DNA of 38,421 nucleotides from Candidatus Nomurabacteria bacterium. GTDB taxonomy: Bacteria; Patescibacteriota; Minisyncoccia; Phycocordibacterales; UBA5272. The notes under the pieces are model-generated. The model was not told where the DNA came from and did no database searches. It worked only from the letters and a program-made list of their open reading frames with translations. Of this stretch, positions 20,375-29,785 are shown piece after piece (position 1 is the first letter of the stretch; every line of letters begins with the position of its first letter). The stretch covers positions 1 through 38,421 of the forward strand of contig CALRDS010000002.1 in the NCBI GenBank assembly GCA_943354975.1. Direction: 5' to 3'. Position numbers and translations under genes: made by a program.

Positions 20375-21630
20375 GAGAATTTTATTTTATTTAATTGTAT
20401 ATATGCATCTCCTGCACCGATATTTACCACGATAGCTTTTGTGTCATTTATAGCTTCAATTGCTAAAGGTAAATCAGATACTGAGACAATTGATTCTGCA
20501 TGACCCCTTGAAGAATTTATTCTTTCTACAAGAGTGGTGGACTTCGTGCCGTCATCTATTTCTCTAGCCGCATAAATCGGCATAATATAAACCCTATCAA
20601 CTTTCGATAAAACTTTTACAAATTCATCCATAAATATTTTTGTACGAGAATACAAATGTGGTTGGAAAAATACATGCAGCGTATATTCACCTTTTGGATA
20701 TTTACTGCGCAGTGCTTCAAACGTAGCATTTAATTCTGTCGGATGATGTCCATAATCATCATAAACCACTACTCCATTTGAAGTTTTACCTTTGTATTCT
20801 AATCTGCGCCATGTACCTTTGAATTCTTTAATCCCCTTCCTAGCTTTAATTTCATCAAGACCAAGCTTTTGAATTAAAGCAATGACTAATTGTGCATTTA
20901 ACTTATTGTGATCTCCAAATACAGATAACTCTATACTTTCTTTGTCCACTGAATCTCCATTAACACTTTCCCCAACCGTTTTCAAAGTTACATCCTGATG
21001 TGTCACTAGACAACCATACACAGGAATTTTATCTACAAAAGATTGAAACGCGCTTTTTATATCATCTAAATCTTTATAATAATCTAAATGATCAGCATCA
21101 ATATTTGTAACTAATACGTGGATTGGGTGAAGATTTAAAAATGAACGTTTGTACTCACAAGCCTCCACCACCATCCAATCATTATCTCCTGGGATAAAGT
21201 TTGTCCCCACACCAGAGAGCAAACTTCCGATAATAACTGTTGGATTAATACCACATTCTTTAAGCGCATGGTACATCATGGCTGTGGTTGTAGTCTTTCC
21301 ATGAGTACCAGATACCGCGATGGTTTTCTTTTCTTTAGTGATTTCACCGAGCGCTTCTGGATATGTTTTACAAGTTATGCCAATACTCTTAGCATAAGCA
21401 AGTTCTTGATGATCTGTGGGAATAGCTACGGTATATACGACCATATCAGTACCACGCACAATATTGTTTGAATCAGTGCCTATCTTTACAGAAATCCCTT
21501 CCTTTATAAGCATGTGAATTAATTCAGAATCTGTTTGGTCAGAACCAGATACATCATGTCCTTGATGTTTGTAATATCTGGCGAGCGCCGATATTCCTAT
21601 TCCTCCAATTCCAATACAAAATATTTTCAT
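20371..21630 (-). CDS. murC: UDP-N-acetylmuramate--L-alanine ligase
   Basis: GIGGIGISALA, GTHGKTTTT, EACEY, DHLDYY, DDYGHHPTE, FQPHLYSRT. Confidence 0.95.
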   Translation of the reverse strand: MKIFCIGIGGIGISALARYYKHQGHDVSGSDQTDSELIHMLIKEGISVKIGTDSNNIVRGTDMVVYTVAIPTDHQELAYAKSIGITCKTYPEALGEITKEKKTIAVSGTHGKTTTTAMMYHALKECGINPTVIIGSLLSGVGTNFIPGDNDWMVVEACEYKRSFLNLHPIHVLVTNIDADHLDYYKDLDDIKSAFQSFVDKIPVYGCLVTHQDVTLKTVGESVNGDSVDKESIELSVFGDHNKLNAQLVIALIQKLGLDEIKARKGIKEFKGTWRRLEYKGKTSNGVVVYDDYGHHPTELNATFEALRSKYPKGEYTLHVFFQPHLYSRTKIFMDEFVKVLSKVDRVYIMPIYAAREIDDGTKSTTLVERINSSRGHAESIVSVSDLPLAIEAINDTKAIVVNIGAGDAYIQLNKIKFS

Positions 21631-21632
21631 AA

Positions 21633-23555
21633 TTAACGTATTTCAAATCCCTTAGACTTAAACAGTTCGTAATACGGTTCCATCATTTTATTTACTTCTT
21701 CATCAGTTAAAGTCCTATCGCTTGCTTGGAAGACTAAACGAAATGCATACGAAGTTCTTTTTACACCCTCTTTTTCTTTTGAAAAAGTATCAAAAAGATC
21801 AATACGATTAATAAGGTGATTGTGTATTTCAAGAGTAAGATTATGGATATCTTCCCATGTGATATTATCAGGTACCCACATAGCAATATCACGGGCAACA
21901 AACGGATAAGGCGGTATTGATTTGTAACTAACCACAGGTAGGTTCGAGAATGTTGTAGGCTCATAGGTATTTGGTTCTTTTAGTGTATCAATGAGAGAAT
22001 CAAAATCAATCTCTACAACATGTGGCTTAGCAGACACGGTGTTTCCGTGAAGATCTTCTACTCCTAGAGTGCGTTTTATTTCTGCCAACACTAGGCTAGA
22101 CTCTTGGCTAAAATTCGTTTTGTGATTACTATCATCTAATGCTATAGCTAAATGAAACTCTTCAGCTTCTTTAGTAAACACATTTCCAAATTCAAAAATC
22201 TTAATCGTGTCTTGGCCAAGTAGCGGCGCATTATAAAGATTAAGTGAAAGTGCAGAAGTTATACCCTCTCCTAAACTAGAACGTAATTTTTCTTTATCTG
22301 TTGCTGTGCCCTTTACCAATTCGACGATGCCAGAATTACCAAAAGTATAAGTTATTACTTCAGAGAAACCGTTTGTGATTAATATTTCTCTCACTTTATT
22401 CGCATAATAAGTACGCTTATTTAGAATTCCTTGTCTATTTAATTTTGGAAGTACTGGGACTAATTTTTCGTATCCTATAATTCTCCCTATTTCTTCTGCA
22501 ACATCTTCTTTTATACGAATATCTAATCGTTCAGATGGAACCTCTATGAAATAATTATCTGCCTCATTTGAAACAATGTTAAATGCCAGTCTCTTTAGTG
22601 TATCTACTATATCTCTACTAGTATAATTTGCTCCAAGGATTTTATTTATTTCATTAAGAGAAAACCTGACTTTACCTGGTAAATCTTTATTTGGATAAAT
22701 ATCTACTCCAGCACTTGCTTTTGCATCAGGACAAATCTCCTTTATCAAGTTCGCGGTCATGTGCAAGCCCTCTTCGATTAAAGAATTTGCAATTCCATTT
22801 TCAAAACGCTTAGATGCATCTGTACGTATATCATAAGCCTGGGAAGTTTTACGAATCAAGGTTGGAGAAAAATTAGCACTCTCTAAAATCACACTGGTAG
22901 TATCTGACTTTATACCGCTAAACTTTCCTCCTTTTATTCCAGCCAACCCTAAAACCTTTTCATCGTCTGTTATTACTAAGGTTTTCTCATCTAATTTAAG
23001 TTCTTTATCATCCAGTGTAGTGAGGGACTCACTTGCTTTGGCGAATCTCGCGTGCAGAGTGCCTTTGATACTTCTGGCATCATAGGCATGCATCGGTTTA
23101 TTAAGCGAAAACTGTACATAGTTAGTGATATCTACAATATTGTTTATACTTCTTTGACCTATTGATTCTAATCTCTTTTTTAACCAATCTGGACTGTCTC
23201 CCACAGTTATTTCATCGATACGTATACTCATAAATCTAGTACAAGATTGTGCATCATCGATAGCTACAACTGGTGTAGTTATTGTAGGACTTAAAAAAGA
23301 ATCATTTTTTAGTATTCGTAAATCTTCTTTAAATGTATACGCGAAGTCAGCCACGATTTCGCGCGCCATACCACGGTGACCGAATGCATCATGCGCACGA
23401 TTCGGAAGTACTTTTATATCATAAATAGTATCGCCGCTAACTGGTATAACTTCTTCTACTTCAAAAGCTTTCTTATTAAGCGCGTCTTTAATAGCCGCAT
23501 CTTCTGGAAGAATTTCAACAATATAATCTTGTAACCATGATTTTAGGAATTTCAT
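21633..23555 (-). CDS. pheT: phenylalanine--tRNA ligase beta subunit (short, lacking the B2 OB domain)
   Basis: SWLQDY, PNRAHD, SINNIVDITNYV, TDASKRFE, EEIGRIIGY, C-terminal FDX-ACB RTLTDEEV. Confidence 0.93.
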   Translation of the reverse strand: MKFLKSWLQDYIVEILPEDAAIKDALNKKAFEVEEVIPVSGDTIYDIKVLPNRAHDAFGHRGMAREIVADFAYTFKEDLRILKNDSFLSPTITTPVVAIDDAQSCTRFMSIRIDEITVGDSPDWLKKRLESIGQRSINNIVDITNYVQFSLNKPMHAYDARSIKGTLHARFAKASESLTTLDDKELKLDEKTLVITDDEKVLGLAGIKGGKFSGIKSDTTSVILESANFSPTLIRKTSQAYDIRTDASKRFENGIANSLIEEGLHMTANLIKEICPDAKASAGVDIYPNKDLPGKVRFSLNEINKILGANYTSRDIVDTLKRLAFNIVSNEADNYFIEVPSERLDIRIKEDVAEEIGRIIGYEKLVPVLPKLNRQGILNKRTYYANKVREILITNGFSEVITYTFGNSGIVELVKGTATDKEKLRSSLGEGITSALSLNLYNAPLLGQDTIKIFEFGNVFTKEAEEFHLAIALDDSNHKTNFSQESSLVLAEIKRTLGVEDLHGNTVSAKPHVVEIDFDSLIDTLKEPNTYEPTTFSNLPVVSYKSIPPYPFVARDIAMWVPDNITWEDIHNLTLEIHNHLINRIDLFDTFSKEKEGVKRTSYAFRLVFQASDRTLTDEEVNKMMEPYYELFKSKGFEIR

Positions 23556-23559
23556 ATAT

Positions 23560-24321
23560 TTAAAATTGATTTACTAAACGCAAATCACCGTTATACAAAA
23601 GTCGAACATCATCTATTCCGTATTTAAGCATTAACATTCTGTCTATTCCACAACCAAATGCAAACCCACGATACTCTTTAGAATCAATACCACTTGCGTC
23701 TAATACTTTTGGATGCACCATTCCAGCACCGCCTATTTCTATCCATCCTGTTTGTTTACAAATATTACAACCAGTACCTGCACACTTAAAACACTGCATA
23801 TCTATTTCATTTCCTGGTTCAACAAACGGAAAATAACTCGAACGAAGACGAATCGTTAAATTACTTCCAAAAAATTCTGAGAAAAACTTTTCGATAATTC
23901 CTATCATCATCGCAAGCGAAGCGTCTTTGGCAACATACAACATTTCCACCTGATGAAACTGTGCTTCATGAGTAGCATCTGTTGCTTCATTGCGAAACAC
24001 TTTTCCAGGACAACAAATTGCGATTGGAAATTCTTTTCCTTCTCTTACATACTTTTCCATAGTATGAATTTGCAGATTACTGGTGTGAGTTCTAAGGACA
24101 TAGCCTGAATCCTCACCATCTTTATTTTTTGTTTTTCTATCTTTTATCCAAAAAGTATCTTGCATGTCACGAGATGGGTGATCGGCTGGGATATTTAGCG
24201 CGTCGAAATTATGCCATTCATCTTCGAGTTCTGGACCATCTACTGTATCAAAACCCATCTTTGAAAAGATGTCGGAAATCTTAGCAATTGCAAGGGTTAT
24301 TGGATGCGTATGACCTTTCAT
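23560..24321 (-). CDS. pheS: phenylalanine--tRNA ligase alpha subunit (catalytic core only)
   Basis: GHTHP, NFDALNIPADHPSRDMQDTF, LRTHTS, FPFVEP, GFAFGCGIDR. Start MKGHTHP lies 8 nt after TGtTACAAT. Confidence 0.95.
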   Translation of the reverse strand: MKGHTHPITLAIAKISDIFSKMGFDTVDGPELEDEWHNFDALNIPADHPSRDMQDTFWIKDRKTKNKDGEDSGYVLRTHTSNLQIHTMEKYVREGKEFPIAICCPGKVFRNEATDATHEAQFHQVEMLYVAKDASLAMMIGIIEKFFSEFFGSNLTIRLRSSYFPFVEPGNEIDMQCFKCAGTGCNICKQTGWIEIGGAGMVHPKVLDASGIDSKEYRGFAFGCGIDRMLMLKYGIDDVRLLYNGDLRLVNQF

Positions 24322-24414
24322 AAAACTACATTGTAACATATTTGACTGTATGTTAGTGTTAGTGTCAAAGTACGTTGAATATACCTACAACGAATTCATA
24401 AGGAGGTAGACAAA

Positions 24415-25008
24415 ATGAAAGCCTACGAAAACAGAGCTGCGAAAAGAAATCGTTTAAAAGCACGAGGTCAGGATTTTTCAGGTCAACTTACATCAAATCC
24501 GGAAGACCAGGATTCAACTCCGGTGATCGTTCCGAAAAAGATCGTTGACAAGGAAAATGCGCTGAGGGGATTGATTTCCTTTCTCACGATTCCGTACAGG
24601 AAGAGACAACTGATCATGCTATCAGTTATAGAGTGGTTATTCCTACCATTGTGTGTGTTCGTTGCCATCTTTTCAATTCCAGTAATACGTATTGATCAAA
24701 AAATCAACTCGCTAAAAAATTCTGACGACAACGATCGTTCACTCATCCTTATTTTCTTCATGTCCATAGGTCTGATCGGCTACGGATACATAACCCTAGC
24801 ATTGCCACGTTGGTATTCCACTGGAGAAAATCCCTTCAATGATACCTGGAAATTCTCTAACTTCTTCCTTGCATCTTTTTTCACAACAGTGTATTTCTTC
24901 TTATTACTGTGGTGCGGGACTGGAATACAAGTGGAAAGATCTTTGAGATTTTGGAACTTCCCATCAACGGTAATTTTCCGTTGGTTCGAAAAAATCTTAG
25001 AGGAATAG
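24415..25008 (+). CDS. orphan membrane protein (3 TM)
   Basis: Strong SD AAGGAGGT at 24400-24407; hydrophobic segments. Confidence 0.75.
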   Translation: MKAYENRAAKRNRLKARGQDFSGQLTSNPEDQDSTPVIVPKKIVDKENALRGLISFLTIPYRKRQLIMLSVIEWLFLPLCVFVAIFSIPVIRIDQKINSLKNSDDNDRSLILIFFMSIGLIGYGYITLALPRWYSTGENPFNDTWKFSNFFLASFFTTVYFFLLLWCGTGIQVERSLRFWNFPSTVIFRWFEKILEE

Positions 25009-25024
25009 ATGAACCACCCGACTA

Positions 25025-25049
25025 AAAACCCTGCTCATCACAGGGTTTT
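25025..25049. terminator. bidirectional terminator
   Basis: AAAACCCTG-CTCATCA-CAGGGTTTT between convergent genes. Confidence 0.8.
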
Positions 25050-26331
25050 AATTTTCAAAATTTTGTTTAAATTCTTTTGTATCTTGAAGAATCCAATCAT
25101 TTTTCCTATGAAAGAAAGTATCGATGATCGCACGACCAAAAAAAAATGGAATAAACAATGGATACACTACAAAAAATATCGGGAAATTTCTATAAAATTC
25201 TTGACTATCATCAGAAAGAGTATTGCCTATATAAAGGACTACTAAAAATATTGTAAGCATGAGCATAATTATAAATGACATAACTGTCGTATTAAAATAA
25301 AAAATATCAAAGTTTGGCATACGCAAATGAACCCCAACAGCTAGCCATCTTTGAATTGTATTTACAATACTAGAAACCATAACATATATAGAAAAAATAG
25401 AAGCATAAAATCCATAAAAAACAAAAAGGAAAGCCATAGGTAGAGTAAACATTCCAAAATTTCCATATTCTTTTTTAAAAAATAATTCTTTATAGTCAAT
25501 TGCGTTTTCCAAAAACCCACGCGCCCAACGCAATCTTTGATGGAAAAATCCTTTAGGGGTATCTGGGCCAACTGTATAAACGAGAGCTTTGTGAGAATTT
25601 GCAATTTTCAAATGTGCCTTATGCATACGAAGTGTAATTTCAAAATCTTCAGTATTATGGGCTTTTCTGTATTCCCCTATTTGATTAAAAACTTCTTTTC
25701 TAAAAATTGAAAATGGTCCCGGAGTAACTTGTATTGCATCAAGTTCACCGTAAGTTTTACGTAAAAATACTCCCATCAAATATTCAATAGCTTGCATTCT
25801 TTGTATAAAAGTTCTTGGATCACGGATATGAATACATGGAGTAACTGCCATCACTTTAGAAGTATTTTCAAAATATGAAATGATAGTTTTTAGAGTTTGT
25901 GGAGTAACGGAAGAATCCGCGTCGAGACATCCGAAAAAGTCCGATGTGGATTTTTCAAGTGCAAGGTTAACTGCGTGGTGCTTCCCCTGCTTTATCTCCT
26001 TGTAAACTTTCACTATTTCAGGATTGTTATATTCATATATTTCTCCTATAGAATAAGTTCTATCTTTACTATTATTATCCACTACTATTATTTTTAATTT
26101 ATCTTTAGGGTAATCGAGTGCTAATAATGAATCTAACGTAGCAGCAAGGGTTCCTTCTTCATTCCAGCAAGGTACAGCAACAGTTACTGTTGGATAATTG
26201 ATTATTGTATTTTGTTCCTCTTTCTTCATCTTCTTTTTATTTTCAAAAAAAGAAGTAAGCAAAAACACTTGAAAATAAAGAGACAAAAACATAAATGGAT
26301 ACATTAAACCTTGAAGAATTTGATCTAACAT
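25048..26331 (-). CDS. processive GT2 glycosyltransferase (IcaA/PgaC/cellulose-synthase-like)
   Basis: DNNSKD, GK..AVN, LDADS, TED, QRLRWARG; N- and C-terminal TM helices. Confidence 0.9.
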   Translation of the reverse strand: MLDQILQGLMYPFMFLSLYFQVFLLTSFFENKKKMKKEEQNTIINYPTVTVAVPCWNEEGTLAATLDSLLALDYPKDKLKIIVVDNNSKDRTYSIGEIYEYNNPEIVKVYKEIKQGKHHAVNLALEKSTSDFFGCLDADSSVTPQTLKTIISYFENTSKVMAVTPCIHIRDPRTFIQRMQAIEYLMGVFLRKTYGELDAIQVTPGPFSIFRKEVFNQIGEYRKAHNTEDFEITLRMHKAHLKIANSHKALVYTVGPDTPKGFFHQRLRWARGFLENAIDYKELFFKKEYGNFGMFTLPMAFLFVFYGFYASIFSIYVMVSSIVNTIQRWLAVGVHLRMPNFDIFYFNTTVMSFIIMLMLTIFLVVLYIGNTLSDDSQEFYRNFPIFFVVYPLFIPFFFGRAIIDTFFHRKNDWILQDTKEFKQNFEN

Positions 26332-26338
26332 AGAAAAA

Positions 26339-27115
26339 TTAATACTGACTCCCTCCAGTTGTTGTTGCTGTAGTGCTAGTACTTGTAGCTTTTGTCGGAA
26401 TTATTTTAGGGACTAATATCTTTTTTATTATTGGAGTAGAAGATACTACTTTTAAAGTACTTGGCAAAAGTTTTTCTAATTCTTCAACTGATTTAAACCC
26501 AGTATAAGTTTTATCCTCTATCACAAGTGCAGGTAACGACGACTTTACGCGATAGATAGTTTTCATAGAATCAACTGCTGTGAGCGATAGATTATAATCA
26601 AAAGAGTACACTCTCAAGTCTGGATATATTTCTTTCAAACGTGTTAGGACAAATCCTTCTTTTTCACAATCAGCACAGTCTCCTAAGTTTGAGTAAAAGT
26701 AAATTATGAAAACGGGCTTCTTTGCTGGACCACACTTCTCTGCTAATTTCTTTGAAAGAATATAATCCTTTATTTCAAGCAGTGAGTAATATTTCTTCAA
26801 ATATAAAATGTCTTCGTCTGTCGCACCGCGCTCATTTTCTGTACGAGAAAGTTTATCCCCTAGAGCATTAAGTTCAGGAGATAAAACACTGTCACTCACA
26901 TTTCCACATGGCACTTCTTTTAGTAAATCAAACTGCGTCTCGCTTGAAAGAATGTCTATAGCAATGTTATCTTGAATCGACTTTACATTTTCTACACGCT
27001 TGTCTGAGAAAAAGGTTGACGCAAAAAAAGCAGTTGCAAAGATTGCAGTGGTGATTACAAACGCAAAGATGTACTTTTTTGTTTCAAACATAATTGTACT
27101 CACTAAAGCGCTCAA
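26339..27115 (-). CDS. membrane-anchored protein with C-terminal CxxC thioredoxin-like domain
   Basis: N-terminal TM, helical middle region, YFYS..DCADC, VYSFD, SLPALVI (cis-Pro-like). The start may be the later MFETKK. Confidence 0.75.
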   Translation of the reverse strand: MSALVSTIMFETKKYIFAFVITTAIFATAFFASTFFSDKRVENVKSIQDNIAIDILSSETQFDLLKEVPCGNVSDSVLSPELNALGDKLSRTENERGATDEDILYLKKYYSLLEIKDYILSKKLAEKCGPAKKPVFIIYFYSNLGDCADCEKEGFVLTRLKEIYPDLRVYSFDYNLSLTAVDSMKTIYRVKSSLPALVIEDKTYTGFKSVEELEKLLPSTLKVVSSTPIIKKILVPKIIPTKATSTSTTATTTGGSQY

Positions 27116-27126
27116 AGCGATTAGGG

Positions 27127-27199
27127 AGCCAGAACTCGGATTCGAACCGAGGACCTACGGTTTACAAAACCGTTGCTCTACCAACTGAGCTATTCTGGC
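27127..27199 (-). tRNA. tRNA-Thr(TGT), CCA not encoded
   Basis: GCCAGAA/TTCTGGC acceptor stem, ACGGT-TTTGTAA-ACCGT anticodon arm, CTCGG-TTCGAAT-CCGAG T arm. Confidence 0.96.
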
Positions 27200-27271
27200 T
27201 TATTTCAATAGTGTTTTTAGCACTGAGAACGTCTTTTATCCTACCATTTTTGGGTGATTTTGTCACCTAAT

Positions 27272-27670
27272 TTATTTGTCTTCTTTACTTTCTTTTTCCT
27301 TATCCATCTCCTGCTTATAAACCTTCAAATGCTCCCAAAAATGCGGTACCGTACCGCGATTCTGTACAGCATTTTTCACGAACCAATTTCGTGATTTTGC
27401 ATACAACTTCGAAGACCATACATCCACGTGGCGCATGCCTATCACCATCAGATGAAATACATACTGTGAGATGAACTTACGCACATACACACTTCTCTTT
27501 AAACCAAGACGAATTATCGCATGAAGTGCGGCAGAGACTTGTGCTGGGCCATCGTAGTTTTCTTCAACTACGATTAAACCTTTTTCAATTCTGTAATTTT
27601 GTAATACAAGGATAGACCCTGCCGCGATTGCGGCTAGTATTCCACTTAAAACTAAAAGGAGTACTAGCAT
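27272..27670 (-). CDS. hypothetical membrane protein
   Basis: Directly downstream of tsf; N-terminal TM segment. Confidence 0.7.
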   Translation of the reverse strand: MLVLLLVLSGILAAIAAGSILVLQNYRIEKGLIVVEENYDGPAQVSAALHAIIRLGLKRSVYVRKFISQYVFHLMVIGMRHVDVWSSKLYAKSRNWFVKNAVQNRGTVPHFWEHLKVYKQEMDKEKESKEDK

Positions 27671-27682
27671 ATTTGTGTTTGG

Positions 27683-28153
27683 TTATTTGATACTATAACG
27701 AGTGAATTTTATTACTTTTGTATTCTCACCAAACTTTTGTACTGCAGCCTGAATTCTTTGCTCTACAGTAATCGTTGGATCTTTTATAAATGATTGCTTC
27801 ATGAGTGCTGTCTCTTCCCCTAATCCATCTTCATTATTTATCGATGTAGGAGACATAGCGCAAATATGCATCGAAATATCGTGAGCCAGAGATTTGAACT
27901 CTTCATTTTTTGCAACGAAGTCAGTTTCACATCCAAGTTCTAGTAATACTCCGATGCCACCGGATGCATGAATATACGCATCAACTATTCCAGAGCCGAG
28001 TTCACGGTCTGATTTCTTTTCTGCTTGTACAGCGGAAAATTCTGAAAGCACGGCACGTGCCTTTTCTTTATCTCCTCCTGCTTCATCAAGAGCTTTCTTG
28101 ATTTGTGCAAATGAGAGACCCGTCTCTTCACGAAGTTCTTTTATTGTGTCCAT
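27683..28153 (-). CDS. tsf: elongation factor Ts (short form)
   Basis: IKELREETG, ELGCETDFVA, KFGEN; follows rpsB. Confidence 0.95.
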   Translation of the reverse strand: MDTIKELREETGLSFAQIKKALDEAGGDKEKARAVLSEFSAVQAEKKSDRELGSGIVDAYIHASGGIGVLLELGCETDFVAKNEEFKSLAHDISMHICAMSPTSINNEDGLGEETALMKQSFIKDPTITVEQRIQAAVQKFGENTKVIKFTRYSIK

Positions 28154-28160
28154 AATTAGG

Positions 28161-28195
28161 TAGTTTTTAGTTTACAGTTGTCAGTTTATAGTAAA
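28161..28195. repeat. heptamer tandem repeat upstream of tsf
   Basis: TAGTTTT TAGTTTA CAGTTGT CAGTTTA TAGTAAA. Confidence 0.6.
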
Positions 28196-28211
28196 TGCAA
28201 GATGCAAAATA

Positions 28212-28892
28212 CTATGCTGATGGTTCGATTTGTAGAGCTGATTTCATAGCCTCTAGAACAAATCTAACAGAAGACACTGAACCATCATTTCCAACGATTG
28301 GGTAATCTATACCTTCTATTGTACAGTCGGTATTGGAAAGTGCAACCACAGGTATGTGAAGACGTTTAGCCTCCTTTAGACACATATCTTCATGACGAGA
28401 ATCAATCATAACGATTGCATGTGGAAGATTTGTAAGTGATGAGATACCACCAAAGTCACGGTCCAGTCTATCAATATCGCGCTGAATAAGAAGCTGTTCT
28501 TTCTTTGTATAAACAGAAAGTTCGCCGGATTCTTTCTTCTTCAAGAGGTCATGAAGTTTATCGATTCTCTTTTTTATTTGTGGGAAGTTCGTAAGAGTTC
28601 CTCCTATAAATCTTTCTGTTACGTACGGTGCGTTTACAGAAAGTGCAACTTCTTTTACAAGCTGGCGAATCTCTGGCTTTACTCCAACAAAAAGAATAAC
28701 TCTACCTGCATTTTTCATTCCTGACAGGAAATCGATAGCAGACTCTAACTGTTCCTTTGTTTTTTCGAGGTTGATAAAGTCAACACTGTTATAATTACCT
28801 TCTATGAAAGGTTTTACTGATGGGTGGCGGCGTGTACGAGAATATCCGTACTGAAGACCTGCTTGTGATAGAGATTCTTTATTTATTAACAT
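28212..28892 (-). CDS. rpsB: 30S ribosomal protein S2
   Basis: INLEKT, ILFVGVK, RFIGGTLTNF, IDYPIVGND. Confidence 0.95.
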   Translation of the reverse strand: MLINKESLSQAGLQYGYSRTRRHPSVKPFIEGNYNSVDFINLEKTKEQLESAIDFLSGMKNAGRVILFVGVKPEIRQLVKEVALSVNAPYVTERFIGGTLTNFPQIKKRIDKLHDLLKKKESGELSVYTKKEQLLIQRDIDRLDRDFGGISSLTNLPHAIVMIDSRHEDMCLKEAKRLHIPVVALSNTDCTIEGIDYPIVGNDGSVSSVRFVLEAMKSALQIEPSA

Positions 28893-28895
28893 AAT

Positions 28896-28980
28896 AAGTT
28901 ATTGGTTATTAGTTATTGGTTATTAGTTAATAAAAGAGTTGGGTTTAACCAACAACAAATAACTAAGAACGCATAACTGG
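28896..28980. repeat. heptamer tandem array plus a degenerate inverted copy upstream of rpsB
   Basis: AAGTTAT TGGTTAT TAGTTAT TGGTTAT TAGTTAA (28896-28930), then TAACCAA CAACAAA TAACTAA GAACGCA TAACTGG. Confidence 0.7.
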
Positions 28981-28989
28981 GTTTATAAA

Positions 28990-29121
28990 ACATTTTCCTC
29001 GGACCACAATCTTATATCTCCAAAGTATCTGTTTGATACGCGTCTGTAATGCTCGATATATGATGCTCAGGTGTCCAAATCCTGATTTGCCCGATTGGAT
29101 GTAACAAGTGATATTCTAGCA
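28990..29121 (-). promoter_or_regulatory. rpsB promoter (TGcTAGAAT) and structured 5' leader
   Basis: -10 at 29113-29118; several hairpins in a ~215-nt leader. Confidence 0.5.
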
Positions 29122-29175
29122 CAGAATCGGTGCTTTGTGAAGATTCTAATTTAAATACAAATTCTTTTCCTTTTT

Positions 29176-29270
29176 AATAATTCCTTAAAATCAAACACTG
29201 TATTTTCTTTCTAGAAAATCAGTTCCCTCTCGCGTCGTCACGCTCCGAGAGTTGATTTTAAGAAATTATT
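29176..29270. other. 95-bp three-way-junction palindromic element
   Basis: 19-bp terminal inverted repeat (1 mismatch) enclosing two hairpins. Confidence 0.6.
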
Positions 29271-29291
29271 TAGGTTCATTAAAATATAAAT

Positions 29292-29319
29292 AAAAAAGAT
29301 GCGGACTTTTATCCGCACC
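29292..29319 (-). terminator. intrinsic terminator of orphan 29345-29785
   Basis: GGTGCGGA-TAAAAG-TCCGCATC-TTTTTT. Confidence 0.8.
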
Positions 29320-29344
29320 CCACTTTGATAAACCGGTCGATTGA

Positions 29345-29785
29345 CTAGACTGACGAAGCGTCCAGAATAGGTTGAATCTTTGCCTGAAATTCTGGAAACT
29401 TGGCAAGCATCCCTTCAAACAAGACATCCAAGCTCTGACGAACAAGTTTGATGTTCTCGCGAGTCAGTTGCGTGTGGTATGGCGTGCCCAAACGATTTGG
29501 CAAACTGCTATAAACACTCTCGCCAATCTCTGAATCGGTCTGCCACCCACCCTTCTCTGGTTGAGGCCACTTGCAGCAGAGCGCTCCCTGCTTCCCCTCA
29601 ATTGTACTGATCGACCAGATTAATAAATCTCGTTGGCCCTTAAAAATAATAGAGTTGGGCACGCCTGGATCAGGTTGTGGGATCTTGACCAGTCCGAGTA
29701 AGGCAGGGACTAGCATTTCGATCTCAGCCCGCCATTTGTTGTGATTGTCCGAGCCGCTAATGAATCTGTCACTGAGTGAAGTCAT
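29345..29785 (-). CDS. orphan protein (146 aa), GC-richer than neighbours
   Basis: Own promoter (TTGACA-17-TATTAT, 29860-29888), AGGA SD and terminator. Confidence 0.7.
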   Translation of the reverse strand: MTSLSDRFISGSDNHNKWRAEIEMLVPALLGLVKIPQPDPGVPNSIIFKGQRDLLIWSISTIEGKQGALCCKWPQPEKGGWQTDSEIGESVYSSLPNRLGTPYHTQLTRENIKLVRQSLDVLFEGMLAKFPEFQAKIQPILDASSV

